From Andalucia godoyi And28 (Eukaryota > Protista > Jakobida): DNA of 64,000 nt. Shown here in pieces: positions 9,326-19,032 of the stretch (position 1 is the first letter of the stretch; the number at the start of each line of letters is the position of its first letter). The translations under genes and the position numbers were made by a program. Below the pieces are notes generated by a model that worked only from the letters and a program-made list of their open reading frames with translations, made no database searches and had not been told where the DNA came from. The stretch lies in assembly GCA_009859145.1 (NCBI GenBank), contig VRVR01000048.1, forward strand, positions 165,763 through 229,762, in the 5' to 3' direction.

Positions 9326-12292
9326 ATGGCAGACGATTCGGTGGTGTTTGAAGTGCTGGAAAAGGCATTTCAGCGAGCGCAGGACATCATTGTCAATGCG
9401 TCGTTTGACGATAAACGATCCGTTGACGAGTATTTCACTCCAGAGTCGACGATCACCAGTCTCCTGACGAGTCCAAGCGACTCGGGGATGCTGAACAAGA
9501 GCAAGAGCAAGGGCAAATCGAACAGAAGTGGGCTTGATCCCGACGAGACGTTTCTTACCGAATATCAGGAAGCCCGCGGGCAAAACGTGTCTGGAGTCTT
9601 TCTTTCCGAGCACCAGAAGCAGATTGCGCGGGCTCGAGAAGTGCTGGAAAGATTCAGGAAGAAGATCGGGGCCGAGTTCGATAGGTTTGTTTTTGTTTGC
9701 GTCATGCGATCAAGAGATCGCCTGCGCGGATATGTTGAGGGGCAGCGAGAAAAGATGCTTGTTGCAATCGAGGAGGACCGTGCAACCGCCCGCGAGCTTC
9801 TTGAATTGCGGAAGATTAAAAGCGATAATGTCCTGCTCGTCCAGAAAAAGGATCGTGAAATCGCAGAACTCCAAACAAAACTCGATGCGAAACGGAAGCT
9901 GTTTAACGAAATCCGCAATTCTCTCTTTAAGGAAGTGTGCATTTTGCGCGAACAGTTGCAGCACAGGGACAAGGGAAAGGGGTCAAAGGGCGGACATTCA
10001 GCAGGCAGTGGTAGTTCTGGTGGCGACGGTGGCAGCGGCGGCGGTGGCAGCAGCAGCAGCGGTGGTGGAGGAGGTGGCAGCGGCGGAGGAGGCAGTGGTA
10101 GTGGCAGTGGTAGAGATGGTCGGTCTTCAACGAGTGGGAATGCAGGTAAGAGCTATCACGGATCGATAGCAAAGCCATTTGAACCGGATCGCAACACCTT
10201 CTCGTTCTTTGACTGGATGGCACTTATGGACGATGAAACGTCGAGTGGTGACAAGCGATTTCTGATGAACAAGCTTCAGGATGTCGTTTTCAATGACTAT
10301 CTGCGCATTCGAGACTACTACGACGAGAAGCTGCGGGCCATGGACAAGCGAATCCAAGGATTGAACAAGAGGTTCCGTTCGATCTATGAGCAATTTTCGA
10401 AGACAGCGCTGCTGCAGCGACAGAAAAACGCACCGCTGCCGTTTGATCGCATGCCGGGTGCCGTCGGTGCGAGTGGCTCGGCGGCGAAGCGCGCACTGGT
10501 GAGCACGGGGGACCCCGAAGCGGATGCCGCGCGACTGGCAGAAGAGGAAAAGTTTGACAAGGACAAGAAGAGACTGCGAAAGCTAAAGATGTTCCTCGAG
10601 AACCAGGCGCAGGAGCAGGACCACCTGCAAAAGAAGCTTATTGTGCTGGCGAAGCGTGTGGATGTGTATGAGCGGCAGAGTAGCCAGCAAAGCTCGACGG
10701 CAGAGATGGATGCTCGCGCCCCTGATGGTGACGTGTACTTTATCTTTACGGATGTCGAATCCTCGACGAGGATTTGGGAAGCAATGCCAGACGTGATGGA
10801 AAAGTGCTTGGAGGTGCAGTTTCACATTTTCCGCAGGCTGATCGACAAGTACAAGCTGTACGAGTGCAAGACCGAAGGCGACGCAATCATGATCGCTGGC
10901 GGCGACCCATTTGCCGTCGTCAACTGGTGCATGGAGGCACAGCTGGAACTGTTCAACTATCACTGGCCGTCGATTCTCTACACACATGAGAACTGTTCCA
11001 AGGTGTTTGACAAGACCACAGCGCTTGTTTTTGCAGGCCTTCGTGTTCGAATGGGAATCCACAAAGGACAGCCGCGTCGCGTCAAGGATCCTGTAAGCCA
11101 GCGCTACGACTTCTTCGGAAGATCAGTCAACAGAGCTGCGCGTGTCTCCGGTGCCGCACACGGCGGACAAGTGATTGTTTCGTCGGGCATCTGGGACGAG
11201 ATCCGAAACTTTCTCCACATGGTCGTTGGGGATCCTGTGTGGAGGGATCGTGGATCGCATATTTTCAAAGGTCTTGACACTCCCGAGCTGTGCATAGAGC
11301 TGCTGCCTCGAGTTTTGGCAGGTCGCACGGATTTTTTCCCACCGATCAACAGCACCAACAAGCCCGCGGCGTCGATTCAAGACGAGCTGAAGCACGAGTT
11401 GCAAAAGCTAGAATCACAAGTGTCGTCGGCCGGTGGCGCAGGCGGCCCTGTCTCACGCGATGGATTTGACATCAATGAGCAAATCCAACTTGCGGTGGAG
11501 GAGTACAAGAACAAAATCAACGCCGAGTTTGCAGACAAGGAGCAGCAGCTGGACGACAAGATGAAAGCTGCAAAGAAGATTCTGATGCATCTTCTTGCCT
11601 GTCTCGATGAGCGTGATGTTCTGTCGATGCAAGCGCAGCAGGATACAACCATGCAATCGCAACTGCGCGGCTGCGAAGCGCGTTTGGTTCGCCTGCGACG
11701 CGATGTGGAACGTGTCTTTTCGCTGCAGGCCTCCGACTTTGGAGCACCATCCTCTGCTCCTGGAATGGCAAAGCCGCGATCTTCCGCCCGAACACCCTCT
11801 TATGCTGCGCTTGGGGTGAAGGATGATGCGTCATCGCCGGCCGGAAGGCTTGCTGCGAGGTCCATGTCTGCGTTTGCAGTGTCGCCGAAGCGCCATCAAC
11901 GGCAAGACTCAGGCGATTCTGCAGAAGATGACCAGCATCCTCGAGAAATGAATGCGCTCCGACGAACCGTGGCACAACAAAGAGAGGCCGCGGCGCCTGG
12001 ATTGACCAATATTGTTACGCCTGTGGTTTCGGGCATTGGAGGAGTCGGACTTTCCAAGAACGACTTGCCTCCGCCACGAGCCGCAACCTCCGCGTCAGCT
12101 CCTTCCAGTGCTGCTGCGCATGGTGGGGTGCTACGCGAGACTAGCAAAAGTACTCTGCCACCTGCTGCACAGCAAGTGGTTTCTGGAAAGTCAAGCATCT
12201 CGAATCTGCGGCCGTCCACGCAGGAGCATCTGCTACGTGCACAAACCAAACTGTCTGCTGTGAACGCTTTCAACAACCCTCCTCGCAAGTAA
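9326..12292 (+). CDS. Coiled-coil class III adenylyl cyclase (fungal/trypanosomatid-like catalytic domain, no TM)
   Basis: FIFTDVESST, ECKTEGDAIM, GLRVRMGIH, YDFFGRSVNRAARVSG; Gly/Ser linker and coiled coils flank the domain. Confidence 0.88.
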   Translation: MADDSVVFEVLEKAFQRAQDIIVNASFDDKRSVDEYFTPESTITSLLTSPSDSGMLNKSKSKGKSNRSGLDPDETFLTEYQEARGQNVSGVFLSEHQKQIARAREVLERFRKKIGAEFDRFVFVCVMRSRDRLRGYVEGQREKMLVAIEEDRATARELLELRKIKSDNVLLVQKKDREIAELQTKLDAKRKLFNEIRNSLFKEVCILREQLQHRDKGKGSKGGHSAGSGSSGGDGGSGGGGSSSSGGGGGGSGGGGSGSGSGRDGRSSTSGNAGKSYHGSIAKPFEPDRNTFSFFDWMALMDDETSSGDKRFLMNKLQDVVFNDYLRIRDYYDEKLRAMDKRIQGLNKRFRSIYEQFSKTALLQRQKNAPLPFDRMPGAVGASGSAAKRALVSTGDPEADAARLAEEEKFDKDKKRLRKLKMFLENQAQEQDHLQKKLIVLAKRVDVYERQSSQQSSTAEMDARAPDGDVYFIFTDVESSTRIWEAMPDVMEKCLEVQFHIFRRLIDKYKLYECKTEGDAIMIAGGDPFAVVNWCMEAQLELFNYHWPSILYTHENCSKVFDKTTALVFAGLRVRMGIHKGQPRRVKDPVSQRYDFFGRSVNRAARVSGAAHGGQVIVSSGIWDEIRNFLHMVVGDPVWRDRGSHIFKGLDTPELCIELLPRVLAGRTDFFPPINSTNKPAASIQDELKHELQKLESQVSSAGGAGGPVSRDGFDINEQIQLAVEEYKNKINAEFADKEQQLDDKMKAAKKILMHLLACLDERDVLSMQAQQDTTMQSQLRGCEARLVRLRRDVERVFSLQASDFGAPSSAPGMAKPRSSARTPSYAALGVKDDASSPAGRLAARSMSAFAVSPKRHQRQDSGDSAEDDQHPREMNALRRTVAQQREAAAPGLTNIVTPVVSGIGGVGLSKNDLPPPRAATSASAPSSAAAHGGVLRETSKSTLPPAAQQVVSGKSSISNLRPSTQEHLLRAQTKLSAVNAFNNPPRK

Positions 12293-12518
12293 GTGTGTGC
12301 GGCTTTTCTGTTTTATTCATTTTATTTATTTAATAATCTTTATTATTTTTTTAAAAATAAAATAATATTAAATTAATAAAAGAATGAATATTATTATTAT
12401 TATTTTGTGCGATTTCATTTTTTTGGAGTTGATTTTTCAAACTGTTGCTTGTTTAATTGGGAGAAGCGGCGTCGAGAGGTAGGTCACGCCTCTCTCCCAA
12501 CACAATAACGCCCCGCTT

Positions 12519-13262
12519 TCAGAATTCAAACACGAGGACTTCTGCAGCACGGTTCGCGTCGGTTCCCTGGAGCACGAGGCTGTCGAAGCGATCGACAAAC
12601 GCGCCGTCGCCAGGCTTGAGCTCTGCAGACTCGCCATCCACCGTGAGCTTCGCTCCGCCTCCAATCATCGCCACATGGACGTACGCCTTTTTCTTTGCCT
12701 CCGACGAATCCAGCAGGACCTCGTTGTGCGCGTCGACGATTGTGGCCCACGTTTTCATGTCCTGCAGAATCCGGATGGAGTTGTCCACGAGGTCTTTTCC
12801 TTTGCCGCTGACGAGCAGCACAAGCTTGTTTTTCTTTTCCTCGTCGGTCCACGACCTCGTCTCGTAGTATGGAGAGGTTCCCATCGTGTGCGGCTTGACC
12901 CAGATCTGCAAGAACCTGAGATCCTTTGAAGGATGCATGTTGAATTCCGAGTGCGTCAATCCCGTTCCAGCATTCGTAAACTGCACCGCTCCTCTGCCGA
13001 GGACCTCTGTATGCCCCATCGAGTCCTTGTGTGTGATTTCTCCATCCAAAATATACGAGAAGATCGCAAAGTTGGAGTGCGGGTGAGAAGGAAAGCCCTC
13101 CTTCGGCGCCACGGTGTCCTCGTTGATCACTCGCAGCGACTCGTATCCCATAAATCGGGGGTCATGCCACGACGCAAAGGAGAACGAATGGTACGAATCA
13201 AGCCATCCGTGGTTCGCATGTCCCCGTTCGTCCGACGCATGAAGTCGAATCTTTACCGTCAT
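12519..13262 (-). CDS. Pirin family (YhhW-like) cupin protein
   Basis: RGHANHGWLDSYHSFSFA, LRVINED, GFPSHPH, HKDSMG, HSEFN and LQIW pirin motifs; first ATG 13262. Confidence 0.92.
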   Translation of the reverse strand: MTVKIRLHASDERGHANHGWLDSYHSFSFASWHDPRFMGYESLRVINEDTVAPKEGFPSHPHSNFAIFSYILDGEITHKDSMGHTEVLGRGAVQFTNAGTGLTHSEFNMHPSKDLRFLQIWVKPHTMGTSPYYETRSWTDEEKKNKLVLLVSGKGKDLVDNSIRILQDMKTWATIVDAHNEVLLDSSEAKKKAYVHVAMIGGGAKLTVDGESAELKPGDGAFVDRFDSLVLQGTDANRAAEVLVFEF

Positions 13263-13607
13263 CGCTTGCGCTATGGTTCCTGCTGTGGTTGTTGTCGAGA
13301 ATCGCCGAGCTGCTGTCGTTAGTCGGAGTATCGTTCTTGCTCGGGAACCCGGTGCGTTTGATGAAGCCCCCCAAATCCCAAGATTCACGATGATTAAAAT
13401 AGCAATTATAAACAAAGATGTGTATATATATGCGATGCAAACCAAAAATATATAAAGAAATAATAAAGTAATAAAGAAAAAACAAAAACAAACACAAAAA
13501 ACAAAAGAGAAAAAGAGAAAAACTACAAAGACTGGCGCTTATGAAGGCGGAAACAGTCGGGGAAATCGCCGATTTGTCGGATATATCAGCAGACAGTGTG
13601 ACGCTGC

Positions 13608-13615
13608 ATTGTGAC
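13608..13615. repeat. 8-bp target-site duplication ATTGTGAC, left copy
   Basis: Identical 8-mer at 18677-18684; both copies directly abut the TIRs. Confidence 0.92.
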
Positions 13616-16600
13616 TAGTCATGGGGCTAACGTAACGCATGTTAGGCTAACGTGCGATGCTGGCCACAGTTAATCTCCGCTAACTGGATGAGAGTTGACG
13701 CTAACGCCAGGCCGCCAGGCGTCAGCATCGGCGACTTGACGCTGTCTCCCGCCAAAATTCGGCGGGAGCACAAACAACACAAATCCCCAAGAGGCCGAGA
13801 CCCTTATCTTTCGGTTTGGACATTTTGACCTTTCCAATTTCCATGATCATTCTTCTCTTTTCGAGAGCAGTCAAGTGTGTCTGTTTATCAAGATTTGGGT
13901 GTGCCTTGAATATTTCATGTCTAAAACTTCAGAATCTGTTGCTGATCTCAGGGAGAAGGCTCGTCAGATTTTAAAGAATCGCACTGTTTCTCAACGACAA
14001 ACTGAACCGTTCGCCTGGTCTTTGCCGATAGTGCGTTGGCATGACAAATACCCGCTGGTTCCAGTTGATACTTCTTCGCGCTCCTCTCCTGTTTGGAATT
14101 TTTTTGGTGTTTCCCCCGAAAATGATTCTGAAATGATCCGTGACAGCAAGGAACATCCAGAAGTTTGTTGTGCACTATGCGTTTTCAGAATGAGCGAGAA
14201 GCCGAAGACGTATCCGTATCTAAAACCGACAACGGACAAGCTTCGAGATCATTTAGAATCGAAACATCTTTCGGACTGGAAAGCTGTTTCCTCGCCGCAA
14301 ACAGGCGTCGTACCCTCTATCGGCAACTTCTTTGCCAAGCCTCTGACAAATAGTCGCAAAAAGGAACTCCGTGAAGCCATTGTTTATATGATCTGCCATG
14401 ATATTCAACCTTTGTCTGTTGTGGAGAACAAAGGTTTCAAGCAGCTCCTCGAAATGCTTGAGCCAAGATTTCAAATCCCGGATCGACAGCATCTGTCACA
14501 GACGTTGTTGCCTCAGATTGAAAAGGAGATTCATGATTTTGTCGGCGATTCTCTTTCACAGGAGGCATCAGGAGTTTCTCTGACGACAGATGGATGGTCG
14601 TCGAAAAATGGCCATCATTTTGTTGCAGTGACTGCGCATTTTGTGAATGAGGACTTCCAAATTGTGAATGTTCTGTTGAGATGCCTGCCCTCAGGGGAAT
14701 CCACGGACTCCTTGCGCACAAGCCTTTCCAAATGCCTGGAGGATTATGGAATTCGACATGATGCGATCGTTTCAGTAACGACTGATAACGCTGACGTGCA
14801 AGTGAACGCCGTTGTGAATGCCAGTCTCCCGCATCTTCGTTGTTTCATCCATACTTTGCAATTAGCAGTCCAAGGATCTCTTAATAACCGAGTGTGTGAT
14901 TTCGTCGTTGAAAAGGCCAAGAAAATAATGGAATTCTTCCATCGCAGCAATAAGGCAACTCATGAACTGGTAGAGTATCAAAAACGAGCCGGCATCGCCT
15001 CTCCTCTCACAATCAAAACTGAATGTAAGACGCGATGGAACTCTCTTCTGTATGCGCTTGAACGACTGCTGAAACTGAAAGACTTCATCGAACTTGTGTT
15101 GGTTGCGATCAAGCGTGAAGATCTACGGATGAATTCTGTTGAATGGTCGTTCATTGAATCGTTGCTTCCTGCGTTGCGTCCTTTCGAACAAGCCACCCGT
15201 TGGTTCTCCATGAATCAAGAAACGGTTGCAAGCCTCGTTATTCCGACTGTTAGGACGCTATTCAGTCTCTATCCCGATCACGATGAAAGAACGATCCGAG
15301 AGCTGCAAGCCAACATGAAGACAGTCGACAAAACTGACGTGATCGACGCATCCATCGCTCCACTGGAGTTTATTTTTGTGGATGAATCTCTGGACTACGT
15401 AGGACCAACTTCCAAAAAATCTCGCAAGAGAAAATCGCAGTGTCCGCAAACGGTTGAAGCAGAAGTTTCATCGGTGACTTCCGAGTTGTGCAATGCAGCA
15501 CTTTCTTCAATTCGTTTAGCTTTTGGAAATCACCTAAGGGCGCGTTTGAAAACGTTTCTGGATTCATCGATGCTAAAGATGTGCACTCTCCTCGACCCGC
15601 GAGTCAAAACAGGGTACATGCCATCGAGCGAAAGACGTGAGGTAGAACGGTTGTTATCTGATTTGTTGCGTCGAGAAGCAGGATTCGGGAATGATCCCGC
15701 TCCGTCTCCAAGGAACAATACTCCACACTCTCCATCCGATGCTTCTCAAAATTTCCGGCTCATAGGTCCGATATTTGAGGACGACGAGCATGTATCCAAA
15801 GATGCTTTTGAGTCAATTGTCACGTCTTATATGAATCATGCATGTCGTTGGCTTGGTGACGATCTTCCAACGTGGTCTGAAACGTGGAAATCGCTGCAGT
15901 CACTGTTTCCTCAAGTTGCTGCCATAGCCCGCAGATACGGAGGTGTTCAAGCATCCAGCGTGAGCAGTGAGCGTGTGTTCTCCATTTCTGGATACACAAT
16001 ATCTGACCGACGTCGCCGTCTTCATCCGACCACTGTCAACAGTATGATGCTTATCCACGCAAACTACGATTTTTGCAAGACGGACCGCAAAAGAAGGGCA
16101 GACGCTGGTTGCGAAGATGCGAGGCCTCCTAAACAGCCTGCAATTTCGCCTTCAGATCCCAGTCCATTGCATCGGAAATGAGTGAAGAGTATTTTCCAAG
16201 ACAGGTTTCAGTTATTTAATGAATGTGTGTTTTGCAACATCCTGTAATACGTCCAAAAGAGCAAGGAATGAAATCATTGGATTATTTAACATTCATGTCC
16301 GGAAGTATATATATCTGTGTACAATAATCGTATGGCGCGAAAAATGAGAACGTCGTCTATAATACCCCTTCGCATATATATTACGCAGGACCCACGCACG
16401 TCATCACGTTCTCACGATAGCTTGATCCGCGACAAACTGTAATTTGTTTTTTCAAGTGAGACATGAGAGCAACAAGTGGAGAAATGTGCGTGAAAATGCG
16501 TAAATCGTAACACATGTGTGGTTGCCCATGTATCTTCGTCCCTGCACAATGTCGACATCCTGATTTTAAATTCGTAAAGCAACAACCGGATCGATATTTT

Positions 16601-18676
16601 GTATTCCAAATTGCAAATCCCTCGATTCTTCGATTGCAGCGTGCCTCACAACATGTGGCACTCAGGCTCTTAATTGACACACTCTTTTGAACTAACTCAC
16701 AATTAATCTCCCACTTTGACACATCGAAACAGACAAATTCGATCATGGGTCAGCATACGTTCGCTTGCACTTGCACAAAATCGTTCCCACTCCCTCTCCA
16801 TTTTGCCCCATAGAAGGCATCGTCCCCTTTCTGGCAGGAAATGGCAGATTCCAATATCATACTTCAATGGATCTTGCCACAACAATTCCAACACCTTTAT
16901 TTTTGTCACACAAACAGATTTCTGTGGAAGAACCTCAACGATCATTTTCAGCTCACAACGCACAAAATAGGTCTTGAACGACGGTGAGCCACAGGGCACA
17001 GAGGCCAAACTGTTCCGGGGAGGTATGGTCGATGGTCACGACGGAAGTGATGGTTGAAAATGCAATCCACTGGATGCCTGCCGTAGCATTACTCATTGGA
17101 CAATCCACGGCAGTGTTGTGGCAGCGGATAACTGCTCGGTCGCTTTTTTTGCTTCTTGACTGGTACGCCCACACCAGACGATTTCAATTACATTTCCAGT
17201 GTAAGGCGTGACAGATTCTTTGGGATACTCTCTTCCGGAGACCTGCAGCCGCGTCGAGAATGGCAAATTCGTGTCTCCTTTGCAGTATCCGGACACCTTA
17301 GGATCAACTCGTCCTACTCCCGGAACAAAGCGAGACGTCCTGCATTTCAGGATGTCACTTATGACTTTCTTTGTTGAAACACTACATTGCGAATACACTA
17401 AAAATGCGTTTTGCGACCTGAGCAGTGTTTTCAGATCAAAACGCTCAAATTACAATAATGAATGTTGTCAGTATGGAGGCATGGCATGGAGACTTGCGGA
17501 AACACTTAAATATCATAAATGCTTCATTAGCGATGCAATGAAAGTAATAGAAGGTCCTTTTTGGCAGCGTCAAGAAGATTATGGAGGCCACTGTGAACTG
17601 GGTACTGACAGCCAACGAAGCATGTTAATAACGAAGCTGCTGTAAATTGACCTAGTTGTAATATGAAATTGTGAATTGTTACGACCCAATTCCAAGTCGA
17701 TTTTAGCCCCAAAAGCGACAATTTTTGGGTTACAAAGAGATCTTGTTGTGGATGTTGGGCTTATTCGAAATCGCGTCTTGGTAACGAGGTGTGACAGAAA
17801 TGTAACAGAAATGCGCGGACATGCAAACTCACTCCGGTCGTCTTAGGGAATTAGCAACCAGCCACAACTACTGCGGTTGTCAACTTCCAAAATGAAGACT
17901 GCTGCCGAGGAGCGGCCGTCTTTCAACGGCTTATTGCATCCTGGAACAATCGGCGTCTCCACTCTCCAGCAGAAAGTCCAAAGATTTCACAAAGCAGGCT
18001 CGGAATCCTTCAGTGACATCCGCGAAAGCATTTGAGTTCAGTGCATTGCACTCCGATTATTGTTCCTAATGACCGACTGCGTTATACTGAACCGCATGTC
18101 TCTTGCTGAATTTAGAATCATAGAACTCAGTTAGTAACTAGAAATTGCTCCTGAAGAAGCGGTCTGTACCCGTCCCTGAGAGCACAAGATGCGACTCGTA
18201 CAATTGCAAGAAGGATTCGTATGCACTCGGGGTTGCATCAGAATCAATGCATGGCGCATCTCCTTCGTGAGATGCAGAGAATCACTCGAGGAATAAGACC
18301 TTCGCTGTGTCGCTCTTTCAACATTCCTAGACGACGCACTGAGCAGACTAGAGAGTGGGTCAGTGGGGTCCTGATTCCTGATTCATCCCACATTACACAA
18401 TACACACCAGTAGTAGAGTGATGTTTACAGTGATATATCCAAGAACAAACGTGCAACAGTACATTTTTTCAGTATGGAATATGGATGCACGGCAGTCAAA
18501 ATCAATCTCATGTTTCATGATTGCAGGAACAGTGACACCTGGAGGCCCCGACATAACTCCTAAGTCGCTAAACCACCGTAATCACGACAGAGCAACGGGC
18601 CAACGGCCGTTAACGCGCGTAGTTCATTTCTGTCGTACCTTCAACGGCGCAGTTTTTCAGCGTTACCCCATCACTA
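13616..18676 (+). mobile_element. Complete hAT-superfamily DNA transposon (5,061 bp)
   Basis: Left TIR TAGTCATGGGGCTAACG (13616-13632); right TIR CGTTACCCCATCACTA (18661-18676; reverse complement TAGTGATGGGGTAACG), differing by 1 mismatch and 1 indel. Perfect 8-bp TSD, subterminal CTAAC(G) motifs and an intact transposase. Confidence 0.93.
13917..16181 (+). CDS. hAT transposase with BED zinc finger
   Basis: SPVWNFF...CALC...HLESKH BED finger; catalytic LTTDGW (D), VTTDNA (D), CFIH (CxxH), TRWNS and ASSVSSERVFS (E, dimerisation domain); uninterrupted ORF, first ATG 13917. Confidence 0.95.
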   Translation: MSKTSESVADLREKARQILKNRTVSQRQTEPFAWSLPIVRWHDKYPLVPVDTSSRSSPVWNFFGVSPENDSEMIRDSKEHPEVCCALCVFRMSEKPKTYPYLKPTTDKLRDHLESKHLSDWKAVSSPQTGVVPSIGNFFAKPLTNSRKKELREAIVYMICHDIQPLSVVENKGFKQLLEMLEPRFQIPDRQHLSQTLLPQIEKEIHDFVGDSLSQEASGVSLTTDGWSSKNGHHFVAVTAHFVNEDFQIVNVLLRCLPSGESTDSLRTSLSKCLEDYGIRHDAIVSVTTDNADVQVNAVVNASLPHLRCFIHTLQLAVQGSLNNRVCDFVVEKAKKIMEFFHRSNKATHELVEYQKRAGIASPLTIKTECKTRWNSLLYALERLLKLKDFIELVLVAIKREDLRMNSVEWSFIESLLPALRPFEQATRWFSMNQETVASLVIPTVRTLFSLYPDHDERTIRELQANMKTVDKTDVIDASIAPLEFIFVDESLDYVGPTSKKSRKRKSQCPQTVEAEVSSVTSELCNAALSSIRLAFGNHLRARLKTFLDSSMLKMCTLLDPRVKTGYMPSSERREVERLLSDLLRREAGFGNDPAPSPRNNTPHSPSDASQNFRLIGPIFEDDEHVSKDAFESIVTSYMNHACRWLGDDLPTWSETWKSLQSLFPQVAAIARRYGGVQASSVSSERVFSISGYTISDRRRRLHPTTVNSMMLIHANYDFCKTDRKRRADAGCEDARPPKQPAISPSDPSPLHRK

Positions 18677-18684
18677 ATTGTGAC
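18677..18684. repeat. 8-bp target-site duplication ATTGTGAC, right copy
   Basis: Identical to 13608-13615. Confidence 0.92.
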
Positions 18685-19032
18685 GCCGCCCTTCCGGATT
18701 TTGACGCCGCTCCGAAGCTCCTGCTGCACTTGTCCATCATGTTCCCGACTGCTGAAATTCCGAATTCGGCGCTAAAAAAGATTTGCAAAAAAGAAAGGCG
18801 AGTTACACTGCTGTAGATCCTCTAAGATGATTCGCTTGTCGACAGGAAGTTGATGGGAGCGACAGATAGGGAGGGTTTTCCTTTCTAATGATTATTATCA
18901 TGCTATCAACCCACGTATACACATATATGTGTGTATGTATAAAATTTCCAACTGTTGAAAAATTCAGAGCCATTAGCGTCTTCATCAAGATTGTTCGACT
19001 TGCCAAAAAATAAACTTGATTGTTGTTTGCTG

